Shown: positions 27,547-41,149, numbered from the stretch's first letter. The stretch: 64,000 bases of DNA from Carcharhinus longimanus (GCA_030264375.1 JASCQW010000175.1:8801950-8865949); one strand, 5' to 3'. Notes: a model not told the origin generated them from the letters alone. Numbers and translations: made by a program.

Positions 27547-27611
27547 CTGCATGGTTTCTGTTTTCCTAGGAAGCACTTCTCCCCATAGGGACACATTCCA
27601 TTTGTTCAAAT
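27547..27611 (-). ncRNA. Putative 65-nt exon ending ACCATGCAG
   Basis: Acceptor AGTGTTTTAG|, strong donor CAG|GTGAGT. Confidence 0.45.
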
Positions 27612-28129
27612 CTAAAACACTATCAAATTGGTAGCACTAAGGTTTAGGGCCCCTGGTGACCACGTAGCCATTGCTGGAACTCAAGTCAGTTTAAAACTGT
27701 GCAAATTTAAGAGTTGCTCCCTACTGTTTGCCCAGCCAGGTATCCATTGAAGAAGTGGCTTCCAGCGTTTGTGATACCTGATGCAGCTCTCAGCGGCCGG
27801 TCTAGCATTCAGGTTCCAGTGAAGCTGATGATCAATCGTTAACAATATTGTGGGTACTGTGCACTAACCTGGTCTATGCACATAATTACTAGCTTGTCAG
27901 ACAGTTGAGTTGATTCAAAGCCTCAGTTTCCAGGTTTATCTTCAGAAGTATTCCAATCCCAAAAAACAAAACTTATTTCCTAAAGGCAAAAGTGATCAGT
28001 TGATTGCCATACCAAGATGGCACCAAAATTGAAATTCAGTATGCCCAGTAAAATCTTGTTCACCACCTCACAGTAGAAACGTAAAAGCGGAACCAGTTGA
28101 ATAAATTATATAAAAGATAATAATACAAT

Positions 28130-28436
28130 GGGAAACGCTGGAGGGAGTGCAGAGGAGGTTTACTAGGCTGATACCGGAGTTGAGGGGGTTGAACTATGAG
28201 GAGAGGCTGAATAANNNNNNNNNNNNNNNNNNNNNNNNNNNNNNNNNNNNNNNNNNNNNNNNNNNNNNNNNNNNNNNNNNNNNNNNNNNNNNNNNNNNNN
28301 NNNNNNNNNNNNNNATGGGGAGAAAGCGGGAAAGTGGAACTGAGCCACTTCAGATCAGCCATGATCTTATTGAATGGCGGGGCGGGCTCGAGGGGCTGGA
28401 TGGCCTACTCCTGCTCCTATTTCTTATGTTCTTATG
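28130..28436 (+). mobile_element. CR1 LINE 3' fragment
   Basis: VQRRFTRLIPELRGLNYEERLN and tail TGGCCTACTCCTGCTCCTATTTCTTATGTTCTTATG. Confidence 0.8.
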
Positions 28437-31400
28437 CTAGATATTCACTGTGGTGTCAATATCCCAATCAAACCATTCTGGTGAAAAAAACCTAAACATC
28501 TGGGCAATAGAATAAGATAGAGAAAGAAATAAAACAAAACTGTGGTGAAATGATAAACAAATTAAAAAGGTTTAATAGAAAAACTGAAGGCTCAAGTGAA
28601 CCAGTGATACAAGGCTGACTTTGGAATGCTAACTTGGTTGGTGGCCTTGAATTGTGCTTAGTATAAACAAATAAAACCATTTCAACTATCACAGAATTCA
28701 TGCCAATGTGAAGAGAATGAATGCTGTTTGGCTGTTACTTGCCACTTTTGCACTCAATGAAAATAACTCAATATTTTGTAGTCACTGTTTGGATTTTGGT
28801 GCAAGCACTGAAGAAAATCAGGACTGATGTCCCTGATAACTTTTGCTCTGCTTTTTGGCCTTTTTCTGCCAAAAATAGGAAGAAAGAATAGAAGTCAGTA
28901 CCATGGGAGCTTACAGCTCATGACCAATAATTTGATTGTCTAAACCTTAATGGATTTTCCTCAGGCCTTGCTGCAAAGTGATTCAAGCTCCTGATCTGTA
29001 TGATGACAGGAATCAATTTGTTATAGGTTATCCATTTTAAACTTCAAATTTGTTCTTCCCCTCGAAATTGGTGATACAAATTTGAAACTACTCCCACAAA
29101 TCTAATAAGGATGTAGGAACAGATCAATAAATTCTCTTCTATTGTTGAGAGCTTTACAGTCATGACTGATGTCAGTTACCAGAGAAAATAAGCTGTACAG
29201 CGAACATCGAAACAGGAACGACAAATGAGGAACTACCAGCAGTTTCTCAAGGACACCAGTACTGTGTTTTGGATAAAAACTCTAAATTCTTGTTTTAAAC
29301 AGAAATGAGTTTACCAGAGAGTAACATGACTTTCAGTTGAAGACAGGAAACCAGGAATGTTCCTGGTTTTTAACTAAATCTATTATTCAGTTTTGAATCA
29401 GGGAGCTGGTAGAAAATTCCTATCTTTAGCTGTCTTGAGGTGACAGTACTTGGTCCTCTTCTTGAAGTACTATCAATCTGTAGTGAAGATCTTCCCCTCA
29501 TGACATTAAACAAGAAATTCCAGGATATCGACTCAACAATCCTTAAGTAAACAAGTTACATGTGTGACTTGAAAGGGGACTTGGAGGTGTGTCCTCATGG
29601 TCTTATTGCTCTGCTGGGCGAATGAAGGTGGCAGAACCACAAGACAAGTGGTGGAACTGAGGAAACAAGTAATTCAACTGCCAATTTAACAGGTGAAAGA
29701 ACATTTGGTGGCCAAGTGTAATTCATAGCCTCTCTTTCCACTCCTCCAGCTCCTCTATTTCTCCGTAGACTTGCCGATCCAAATCGACCTCCAGAAGCAA
29801 CGTATCCACCTGCTCAATATTCATATGTAAATTTATATAGCAATGGTCACAAGGTGTTTTGTACTAGGAGTCTCAGCAAAACTGGATTTTTGCTCTCGTC
29901 CGTTGATCAAAAATATTTGAGTATTCACTGATGTCAGAAGCAAGACCCTTCTTCTCCATGCGCGGTTGAAGGCCAAACGCATTAGCCCATTGGCCAAAAT
30001 CATAAGACCAAATGAAGGTTTCTCAATCTCGGCATCGTTTCATAAATTAGTTCACTGCAACAACATCCAGGATTCATTTTAAAGATGGAGGTAAGTTTAC
30101 AATGGGAGATATGAAATCTATCTGCATTCATGCACAAGTGTGCAGAGTATAACGCTTTCTGACTCAGATTCAACGTGCAGAGGCAGAGCAACATTCCAGT
30201 AGGATGCTAAATAAAGAACAAAACATGTGACAGGACAAGAAATAGCTTGCTAGTGCACTCATTACAGCCTACCCCACCCTGACCCAGGTACTGTACAATT
30301 TAACACTAATTTAACAAATGCACCTCTAGTTGTGTTAAGGCGACTACAACAATTGTTTCTTTTATTTATAAATGTATTCCCACTGATTCATTGCTAGTTC
30401 CTTCAAGCTGATAGAGTACTTCAGTATAAAATTCTACACACCAATACAGCAACCAGTGCATTGTTCCAAAAGTTATGACTGCCCTCAAAATGTTTGTCAG
30501 AATTATGCAGCAAAATCCTAGGCGTCTGAAATGTCAGCATCAATAAAGTGCCTTTCGAGTACCATAATTGTAATACCCGAACTCATCTCAGCTGCCAACA
30601 AATTTTCTTCATTGCTTCAATTTGGACAAAAATCTTAAAACCTCAAGACTCTTTTCCTCCTCCCTCCCTTTCCCACCCAAGGTGAAGCAAGATACAGGAA
30701 ACGAGTCTTAATTTCTAAGCTAATTTTTCCACATTCACTTTTTTCAGTAGAGTAGAAATATTTAGTGACTTTCTTGTATTTTGCAGGATTATATTAAATC
30801 CTTATACTGCAACATATCAGGCAAAGTTTAATTTAATTGGAGTTCAAGCTTTGCAAGTAGTATAACGTACTGTCGAACTATATGGTTGCTTCAAAACAGA
30901 TTAAAGCATTATTCTGCAAAATGTTAACTTCCTACCTTCTTGTATGTGCTTCACACCATCTTGATTTTAGTCAACAGATGTGTCAAGGTGGAGAGTGGAC
31001 ATTTGGCTCCAGCTCGTGGGCAGCACGATTAAGTCAGAAACTACTCTGGAATTCATCTTACCAATTGATATTACATAAACTATATTCTCCAATTTTGCTT
31101 AAAAAACAGCCATCAACTCTTATTAGAAGGCGAAATGAGAGAGTTTCGATTGTACAATGATTCTGCGTAGAAATCTGTTGAGCTTCAAATTCTTAAAAGG
31201 ATGATAAAATTAAATGAACTTCTAATAATCATATTTCGGCATGTATGATAACACCACTATTCTAGATACTGACAACTAGGACAAAAGTTTAGATCTGACA
31301 CCAAAATGGTGCTCAGGAGTTCCATTACAATCTGCAGCATTTGCTTTGTATGCCTATGGAGTACACAGACACTGCAATGGTCTAGTAACTAAATGTGTTA

Positions 31401-32123
31401 TATGTTATAACATTGAACCACATGGATCGAAAAAGATCCAACCTGTGCTGTGAAACTCAGGGCTTCAGTGTTGCAAAGGACAAGAAAATTACTTGGACTC
31501 AAACTCCTAAACATCAGCCAGAGAGCCATGCTAGAAAGTGAGCTTACACAGATGTTGGGAGAGATCAGAAAAAGGCTCAGCCTTGATGTGAATCAAGTAA
31601 TGCCTAGCTTTGCAAATAGAATAGGTAACTGGGTGATGCCATAAGAACAGGAGGAAGCCAGTTAACCTGTTCTGCCAATCAATGAGATAATGGCACATCA
31701 ATGACTGAACTGCACATATCTGTCATTGCTCCATATCCCTCAACACAGACTGTGACTCAAAATTAATTATCTAGCATTAATTGTTTTTTTGCAGAAGAGT
31801 TTCAGAATTCCACAAACCTGTTGTTGTTCTAGTGCTAAAACCTACTATGGATGCTAAAAAGTCTGCAGGGGCATCATGGCACTCATCATTAGTTACAATT
31901 ATAATCACATGTACAATCAGATCAGTTTTCTTTGTACCAAAACATGACTTGTTTAATTTGTGCACGTGGTATTCTTGATCAAGTTTGAAGTGCAGTTGCA
32001 AATGAAACCACAAATGTATTAACATAAAAAAGTGCAATTACGGGTGGGAAATGAATCCTGGCTTAGCCAGCAACACCCACATCCCATAAATGAATTTGTA
32101 AAAAAATCCAAAGACAACCATAC

Positions 32124-32169
32124 CTTACTTATTTCATGCAGACCATTCAGCTTTTCACTTTGGTCTCTC
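32124..32169 (-). ncRNA. Putative 41/46-nt exon with tandem donors
   Basis: Strong acceptor TTTTCCAATTTCTTTTCAG|; donors AA|GTAAGG (exon end 32129) and AAG|GTATGG (exon end 32124). Confidence 0.5.
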
Positions 32170-32299
32170 CTGAAAAGAAATTGGAAAATACTGTAAAGAC
32201 TCTGCTGAGAGAATCTAACAAAATATTAAGCAGAGAGTACATCTGCAATGCAGTCAAAAAATTCCAAAACACGACAAAAGGATGCATACAATTAGCTAA

Positions 32300-32560
32300 A
32301 CGAAACCATGGAGTGTACTGTCCGACCTTGCTTGGGTGAGGCTCAAAATCCTGCCCGAGGCAAAAGAGAATTCCATTCTGGAGTTCACCCGTCCCGATTC
32401 CGGNNNNNNNNNNNNNNNNNNNNNNNNNNNNNNNNNNNNNNNNNNNNNNNNNNNNNNNNNNNNNNNNNNNNNNNNNNNNNNNNNNNNNNNNNNNNNNNNN
32501 NNNTTCTGGAGTTCACCCGTCCCGATTCCGGGCGGGGAGTAGCGGTAAAATTCTGGCCCA
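32300..32560. mobile_element. GC-rich MITE-like repeat, related to 37690-37815
   Basis: End GTAAAATTCTGGCCC; AAAATCCTGCCCGAGG is near the reverse complement of CCTCGGGCGGGAATTTT near 37762. Confidence 0.45.
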
Positions 32561-33129
32561 CTATATTCACCTACATCAAATGCAATCTTAACTTCCAAGC
32601 AAATAGAACCAAAAATAAAAAAAAAAATCAGTAGAAACTGATGGGCAACTGAGTTTTTCTAGAAATTAGTTACACAAACCTTAGTGGCCTGGATGAAATC
32701 TCTAATCTATGTCAGTTAAATGGTGCAGATGTTACAATTTGGAAAAGCATGCAAGTCAGTGGTTCTACTGTATGTGGATTTTTGACTCAATTATGATACC
32801 CAAGTGTTCCTCGCAGTTCAATAGCTGCCAATACTTATTATAGAGGCTCACAGGAATGAATAGCAACTTACAGGGCACCCATGGAAACAACAATTATTCA
32901 TTGCTATCAGAAAAATAGCAAAATTAAAGAGACCTCCCAATTTAGAAGAGAAATGTTTCAAATATTCCAATTGGTGCTGATAAATTAGAAGACTTAGCAG
33001 CACCTTTTATTGCAAATCCAATTTACCTCGACATATGTATAATTTGAAGCAACCAATGGGCAAGGGCAGAAGAGAAAACACCTTCTGCTCAGTAGCACCC
33101 CAATCATAAGATTAGGATTTCAACTCAGA

Positions 33130-33430
33130 CTTCATGGACCTGAATAAATAATCCAGGCTGATCCTTCAGTGCAATTCTGAAGGAGTGCGGCACTGCTGGA
33201 AGTGGTCATCTTTCAGTTGAGATGTTCTAACCAGTCTGCCCTCTTGAGGGGACATAAGAGATTCCATGGAACAGGGGAATTTTCTTGTTGTCTTGATATT
33301 TATTTCTCAACCACTGCTAATAAAAAGATCTGCCAATCATTTAGTGGATTGGTGTTTATAGAATCTTGCATAATTAGCTGTCATGTTTGCCTTGGTGGAA
33401 AAGCACTTGTATGCAATAAGAGAGCTCAAG
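33130..33430 (+). mobile_element. Deu-domain (AmnSINE1/SacSINE1-like) SINE relic
   Basis: CAGTGCAATTCTGAAGGAGTGCGGCACTGCTGGAAGTGGTCATCTTTCAGTTGAGATGTT resembles the recalled Deu core. Confidence 0.6.
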
Positions 33431-33554
33431 ACTGGTGCTGATGTTATGAATCATTGAAATGTGTACAAAATAGAACATTACAGCGCAGTACAGGCCCTTC
33501 GGCCCTCAATGTTGCGCCGACCATGGTTTCAGAAAATGCATCTAAAGTTGTCAT

Positions 33555-33736
33555 AGCTGCTCCACTATTTGAGAGGGAGCACTGACTGGCGATTTAACTT
33601 GAGGATCAGCACACCTCAGAGAGGGGCAAGTTTGAGGAGGTAGCTCTTCATGAATAACTTCAGCCAGTATAGGAATCGAACTAACATTCTCTGCATCATG
33701 AACAAGCCAGCCTTTCAGCCAACTGAGAGCTAACCA
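33555..33736 (-). mobile_element. tRNA-derived SINE head
   Basis: Minus strand GGTTAGCTCTCAGTTGG (A box) ... GTTCGATTCC (B box); no complete cloverleaf. Confidence 0.6.
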
Positions 33737-36082
33737 ACACCCCAAAAACAATGTGCGTAACTAAAGTATCACCAGCCACTCTACATGTTATCAGTGATGC
33801 AGACATCCAAGGCCTCAAATGGGAGGGCAAAAATTTATCCAAGTAAAAAAGTTGAAAGGTTAATTACTATGTCCTACCAGACAAATTGAGAAATTTCCTT
33901 CCCTTGTAAAGGGTTTGCTACTGTACCCCTTCACGTTCCTTTAAAGATTTTTCTCCAGCCCAAACAAAGCCTAACTTTGAGTCTGGTATAAATGACAGGT
34001 TTGACTGCTGTTAGTGGAGACTAGCACATTCTTAGAAGATACTTACACTGTATACTCTTTTATTCTACTGATCAACATCACTGATGAAAGTTGATGCAAT
34101 TTACACTTCCCAGTGTGTCCTTTAACATTAAAGTTACGTTGACAACATGGTGTGTCCACGTTCAGAGGCTACCAGTCCCTCATGGTTAACAGATATTTTT
34201 GTATCTGCTATTAAATATCGATATTTAATAATGCTATAGATGTAGAACTAAGCAGACTGTACGCAGTAGAATAATGCTAATTATTCTACAGAGCTAATTA
34301 AACCATGTAGAAACAGCAGAACACTTTTAATCAGCTCATAGTCACTTATTCCCAAGTATACTTATACGTTAATCATTAATGAATGGCTCAGGAACATATA
34401 TTTTTACATAATGGTAAGGACTTTTAATTTCTTAATTTAAAATCAAAATTTTTTATTCTTTTCTTTTGCTCTGTCCACTAACAATTTACAATGGGTTCCA
34501 AAATTCACCACAAATTGACTGTTTAACATCTACTTGGATAATTACTGCATTATGCACTTCTTGGATCAATTTTTTTATTTTTGCTGGATACTCTTTGGAC
34601 TGCATAAGCATATCAATACCATCTCCCCTTTCATATCAAGCGAATTATAACAAAATCCCTGCTTTGGAAGTGGTGACGGTGGTTTGTAAATAGCATCTTC
34701 TTTTCCCCAGCTCATTTTCACTCGTAATTGTCAACTTTTATTTAATACTTCTGAAATGATTCTAGGATGCAAGTTAAATTCCATGTCATTTTAAAATGAA
34801 ATATTTCCAAAATTTAATATCAACTTATGTACAGACCATGAAACTGAAAAAAAGGGAAATATTTCCTTTGCAGTCAATTATTTATGGTCCATGAATTCCA
34901 TGAAAATCACTCATGTATAGAGCAATACTGAAGGCTGGTTTCTACAGAAACAAAGGGAGAGCATTATTAGCAAATTATTTGCCAGAATACAATTAGGACA
35001 ATCAATTTGTTCCAGCAAACATTCCTATAGCACTTTTCACAAAGGAATCTCAAAGTGCTTCACAAAATAATTGGAAACTCAATGCCATGCAAGAAAGAAC
35101 ACCCAAAGAGAGACAACAGAATTAGAAGAGTTTTGAAGAGGTGACAAAGTAAACGGTATAGGGGAGGGAACAGTGAAGGAATTAATTCAGGGACACATAA
35201 TGGATGAAAGAACTGCCACCAATGATGTAGTAGTATTGGGAACCAGATAATATTGGATGAGCAGCTGATGACTTGCATGATCACCAGCGATGAATAGGTG
35301 CAATAAAGCAATGAATCACTGCGACTATATAAATACACTCAAATACTGATGTGACCTACATAGGCATTAATACATGTATTATGTTTAGTTCTACAAGATG
35401 TTTCAGTAGACAGATTAATGATTCTTTGTGAACCAACAGAACCAAGTTCACTGCACAAAGAAACAGGCAAGATTTCACTTTATATAAAACTTTTATTTCA
35501 ACAATCAAACGAAAAATCAAGAAAATTACACATGAACAAACAGGCAAATTGCTGTCAACATTGATTAAACAGTCGATACAAAGGTAGGTCTCAGACTTAT
35601 CGAGCAGCCCACTTAGGATATATGGCACTACATTTAGCAAAAGTCCTTCCAACTCTGGTCTTCCTCAGGTAGAGTTCCAATTCCTGTTTCTATGCTAGCT
35701 TCAGCTACCAAGTCTCCTCCAACAGTTGACCCCAATCAGAGTCCTCATAAGATGGTCTTCATCCAAAATGACCAGCTCTGTTTAAATTGGTCTGTTTAAA
35801 ATAAGGCAACAGCGGAGCAGCAATAACAGGATTTTGTGTATTCTTGTTCCTGGATCCAGCTTCAGGTTTCCTTCTTTAAAGTGCCCCACATGTAATTCTC
35901 TCTAATTTGCCAACATTGTGTAATCTAAGCTTTTATGACTGTGTCTTTGTCTGGTTTCAATTAGTTTCAGTTGCTCTTGAAGCCTGACATCAGATTCCAT
36001 TTCAGTTCATGCTGGACTAAACAAAAACAAGCTTTGAAACCAGGTTCCGTCCAGCCAACAGCGCATCTAACAGAATCAATGG

Positions 36083-36258
36083 CACCTCCTTCAATGCAGA
36101 GAGGGGCCATCTGGCCCATCGAATCTGCACTGACCACAATCCCACCCAGGCTCTACCCCCATATCCCAAATATTTACCTGCTAATTCCTCTAACCTACGC
36201 ATCTCATGACACTAAGGGGCAATTTTAGCATGGTCAATCAACCTAACCCGCTCATCTG
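36083..36258 (-). mobile_element. HE1-type SINE 3' part
   Basis: Reverse complement of the 37025-37185 segment. Confidence 0.8.
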
Positions 36259-36960
36259 TCAAACAATAGGTTGCAGATGCTTCCCATTAGATCCTTCAAA
36301 CTGGATTCCATCACAAGACGTATTCTTTTAGCACAAAACTGAAACCTACCGTTAAATATTAACTACAGAACTAAACTTATTTAAAGACAATACTGTCCAT
36401 CAGGATCAATCTATTCACTTAGAAGGGTGATCAGAGCCAAATGTTTGTATACAGTACTTACGAAGAATGACAGAAAGTGACAGCTGAACAACATAAGGAA
36501 GAAAAGATGGTTGCTGTTTTGGCTGTGTGCAGTACAGACTCAAATTGTTCCTCCTAACGATATAATGCTTTCTGTTGTTAGAACATCTGCTAGCTCTTCT
36601 TGTATAGTCAAATTCAGCTCCAGTGCAAAGTGTCTGAGCAAGCTAATCCAGAAGTAGTTGAGTCATGTAGATCTGGAAGGACACATACTCAATTTGCAAC
36701 TTGTGCTGAAAGTAGTAATAGTTACTTCAGTTGACTCTCACAAGTTGAAGGTTCTACTCTAGGTCACTGTCCAATTCTGGTTTACTTGAAATATTCTGCT
36801 AACAAGTTCAAACAAGACTTGCATTTATTTACCACTTTTCTTACCACCAGGAAAATCATAGCTCTTTACAGCCAATGAATTACTGTTGAAGTGTAGTCAT
36901 GGTGGTTTTGTAGGAAATGCGAGTTAACTAGTGAAAATGCCAACAAACACAATGTGATAA

Positions 36961-37200
36961 TCTCCTCGTGTCTGCAAGGGTTTTCTCCGGGTGCTCCGGT
37001 TTCCTCCCACAGTCCAAAGATGTGCGGGTTAGGTTGATTGGCCATGCTAAAATTGTTCCTTAGTGTCCTGAGATGCATAGGTTAGAGGGATTAGCTGGTA
37101 AAGTATGTAGGGATATGGGGGTAGGGCCTGGGTGAGATTGTGGTCAGTGCAGACTTGATGGGCCGAAGGGCCTCTTTCTGCACTGTATGATTCTATGATC
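36961..37200 (+). mobile_element. 5'-truncated HE1-type SINE nested in an older minus-strand Deu-type SINE (about 36815-37400)
   Basis: V-domain and tail present; ATAATCT direct repeat at 36957-36963 and 37204-37210. Confidence 0.75.
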
Positions 37201-40200
37201 TCAATAATCTTATGTTTTTGATTCAGCAATCAATTTTGGCCACTATACCAAGTATGGATAACTCACTTGCTGTTTTTCAAATATTGTTGTCATGGGATTT
37301 TTTTTATATACACCTTAGTGGGCAGATTGAGCCTTGCTTTGACATCTCATTGGAAAAATGGCATCTCCTTCAATGCAGCACAAGTTGAAGACTTTAACAC
37401 TTGATGGGGAAGTCACTCCATTTTTGACCAAGAGCCTAAAAAAGATAGCTATCCTGAGATCCAAGTTCAGCTCAGAGATTGCTGCAAGCAAAAAAAAGGT
37501 TTGGACTTTTTTTCAAAATTAATAAAATATGTTTTGATTGAAGGTATTGATGGGAGGTATGGGCATATTCCATTGCATAGGGGCTTTAAACTGTATCCAG
37601 TAAAGGCATCTATTATTTTTGCTGTTGGTGTTCAAATTGCCAATTCAGTATGTAGATTTTGTATTGGGGAGTGATCCCAGGGAATATATGCTGGAATTCT
37701 TCTGCCCCGCCCACCACAGAATCAGCGTGGGTGACAGACGGGCAACAGAAATGTCCGTTGACCTCGGGCGGGAATTTTCAGTCTTCTTGAGTGTGGCTCT
37801 AAAATCTTCCCAGTAGTTTTTCCAGCTCGCAGGACAGTGTCGTCAAAAATGTCTAAGAAGTCCCAAATTATAAGTCTTTCCCAGAAAGGACATGGACCTC
37901 AAAGTAATCCTAAAGGATTAATGATACCTACACAGCAGTGCTTGTCAGCGTTGACACCAGAGCAAAAATCCAGGCAAATGAACACAAGAGCTCAGTAAAC
38001 AATATGAAATGCCAAAGTGATTGGGAATATGTTATTTGTGAGTTGCGAGGAAGATTCAAGTGTTAGAACATAAAATGATGGTTCAAAATAAAGAAGCTGT
38101 CAACGTCAAACTATTAGATTTAGTGGGATCAAGGAAAACTAAAAAACTATAAACTGTTCAAAGACTAGGTCAAACAGGAATATCAAACCTTTAATTTAAA
38201 AATATAATTTGGACGCTATGTTCAAGTAGCTAAGGAAGAGTTTGTCCGATGAAGACACTAATTGTTGGCACAAAAAGAAGCAATTTAGAACATGCCATCA
38301 TAAAAAAAAACCAAAATGCTCAATTTTGGACAATGAGTTTAAAAATAAAGCCACGCTAATGAGCGAGAGGGAGGTAAAATTCAAACTGTGTACGGACAGA
38401 NNNNNNNNNNNNNNNNNNNNNNNNNNNNNNNNNNNNNNNNNNNNNNNNNNNNNNNNNNNNNNNNNNNNNNNNNNNNNNNNNNNNNNNNNNNNNNNNNNNN
38501 NNNNNNNNNNNNNNNNNNNNNNNNNNNNNNNNNNNNNNNNNNNNNNNNNNNNNNNNAGGGAAGTACGCTTTTATTTTGGAATTATGTTTGATTTTTTGCA
38601 GAAAACAGTTATACATCTGAAGCTGGCTCAGCTTGGAAAGAGGCAGAGAGTCGTCAGAAATGGGAGTTTTCAATTTTGGAGTGCATAAAGAAAACTCAAT
38701 GGTCATCTAGCAAAATGCCCGTGGAAGGAGAATCCCACATGCACATCTTTGCACAAATCTCATATAGAGGAGAACGGAAGTAAATTCCCAAGAACTATGG
38801 CACACCTTGGTTTAGTCCCCTAAGTGAAGTGAAAGTACCCTCCCCACCCTGAAAAGTATATGGGAAATCCTGTGTAGAAATAAAAAAAAACAAGAATGAC
38901 CCATTATTCGTAGTACTTGCTTTAATTCTTGTGGAGGCTTTTGATGTGCTAGCTAATGGCATAATCCTAAGTTTAATTTTTTTAAAAATCTCTCGAGCTC
39001 AAGATAATGCAAACATTTCCATGTTATTATTTAAGGCACAGAAGCAGAACACTTCCAATGTCCACCCTCAACTAGTGTAGCCAAAGGACATGTATTAAAT
39101 CTTGGAAAAAACACAGGCTTTTGAGTGTTTAAAAAAGGAAAAATTGAGAAACAATTTTCTTGGAAGGCTTAAAGAAAGTGATTGGTAGTGAAAGATCAAA
39201 ATTGTTATCTAGAGTAAAGAATGAAAGATGGGATTGAAAGTAAGAGATGGTAGCCAGCTATCCCGGAGAGGCAAGGGAATGAAAGAAACATTTTCATTGC
39301 CATAATTAAGAGCAAGATGTAGCTATTGCCCCTAATGCTGAGAGTCATAGTTTTGCAGATGCATGACGGAGAAATTTAGGAAAATAATGCAAAATGTGAG
39401 AGGGTGGCCAAGATAGACCATCACTGATGAGAAGGAGGAATCGAGTGGGAATAAGGATAGCCTACAGCATCCAAGATAATGGAAAAAGAACAATATGATC
39501 AATGAACTTCAACACAGGCAACAATTGGAAACACAACTACTAACCCAGCTTTGGTGACACTAATTAATTTCAAAGAAATGGACAATGGTTATATTTCTGC
39601 TCTTAATTTGTGTTTTATTCTCAAACTCTGGTGCCAAAAAGTTATTTATACTACACCTCACGTATCCAAACAGCAGACTCATCTCATTTTGATAATAGTT
39701 CTTTGTTGCAATATTTAATTACAAAATTGTCAGTGCAGTACCTAACTTGATTCAAAGACCTACTTTTATAACTCTGCTTACTATCAGTTAAGGTAGGAAT
39801 GGAGTGTTCAGAAGTGGGAAATCACTGGATACTCTGTCACCCTCTACATATCAAATGGTAGAAGAACTTAAGCTGCAGCTTAATTAATGGCTGAATGGTA
39901 CTGTCAATCAGTAATTATGCTCACACGATCATTTTTAAAGGCTAACCAATTCCTGTAGCACGATCTGTCTTCTAAAAGGCATATATTTACTCAAACAATA
40001 TAAATCTTGCTAAAATGTAATAGCATGTGAAGGGATTGAAAGGAATAAAATGTACAATGAAACTTTATCAGTGAAACAATCTTTGTCAGTAAAGAAATAC
40101 TTTTTCTCACCAGAATCAGAAAGACACTTTTATTGGTATTAACAATTCAGATAAGTTATTTGATAACTCTTGGGCTTAGTGCAGAGCTTTTAGTCTAGTG

Positions 40201-40582
40201 ACAGCCCCACCTTCCCTGATAAGGCTAACACTTAAAAACCTAAAAGAAACTTGATATTGCAACATTACTGAGTTACTTAGTTAAAAATTGCCACAAAATA
40301 TCTGAAATGCATTACTCCATTAAGTAGGCAATTTAGAAACAATGTCTCAACATCACATTTCACTCATTATAAAAACTCAGCTGTGAACCAGCACTACGTT
40401 GAATATCCAAGTAGCATACAAGGTGCACAACTATAAATAGTTAGCTTTTTTTATATGCTCGGTACTAAAAATTAATCAAATCTTCGTACTAGGGAAGAAA
40501 GATAAATACAAGAGTTGTTTAATCAGTATCCGAGCGTTGGGCAGCACTTGATTGTGCACCCACAAGATTTTGCTCAACTCCT

Positions 40583-40720
40583 CAGCACGTGCTGCAACTC
40601 CAGCTGCCATCTCATGCCCAGCTCAGCTGCACTTCTGCTGCGCTGGGCATCCGCTCCCTTGGTTTCTAGGAGACGGCTGACAGTTGCTTGGCAACCAGCT
40701 AATAATTAGTTCAGGGCAAC
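40583..40720. promoter_or_regulatory. Putative enhancer with tandem RFX X-boxes
   Basis: GTTTCTAGGAGAC (40662-40674), GTTGCTTGGCAAC (40683-40695), palindrome CAGCACGTGCTG (40583-40594). Confidence 0.5.
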
Positions 40721-41149
40721 CTACAATGCCTGGCAAAATGCCAGTAGTGAATAACAGACATACTAAAGAGAGAACCGGAACCAAACTTGAAACATGAGCA
40801 ATGCATCTCCAGCTGCCAGTCCACCTGATGGAGTTTTTTTAAAAATAAAAGCAATGTTTGCTTTGGAATCCAAGATCATTTTTGTCAGATCCAGGCTGGT
40901 AGCAAGTGTGGCAACATATGTGAGTGCGACAGAGTCAATTCTCTAAATAAGGAGATTTTGTATAATTAACATCTTCATCTTCCCAACATCACACACTGAT
41001 CGACCAGAAAATCTGCTCTTGAAGTCCAAGCAACTTGGGTCTTATTTAAATTTTGACTTGCTTGTTGGTTTGTTCAATTTGAATTTTGAATGCAGGTTTA
41101 GACAGGATGAACTTTAGCAACACCATCTCATTCAAGGATAAATCGTACA

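Noticed and set aside
28849-28867. TGCTTTTTGGCCTTTTTCT resembles the second U-rich motif of the MALAT1 triple helix, as recalled
   Set aside because: No upstream U-rich motif 1, no AAAAAGCAAAA tract and no tRNA-like mascRNA downstream; low-complexity coincidence
31802-31891. Minus-strand ATGATGA..CTGA spaced like a C/D snoRNA
   Set aside because: No terminal stem and no recognisable rRNA/snRNA complementarity before the D box
32376-32531. 28-bp direct repeat on both sides of a 100-N run
   Set aside because: Most likely an unmerged contig overlap (assembly artefact), not a biological repeat
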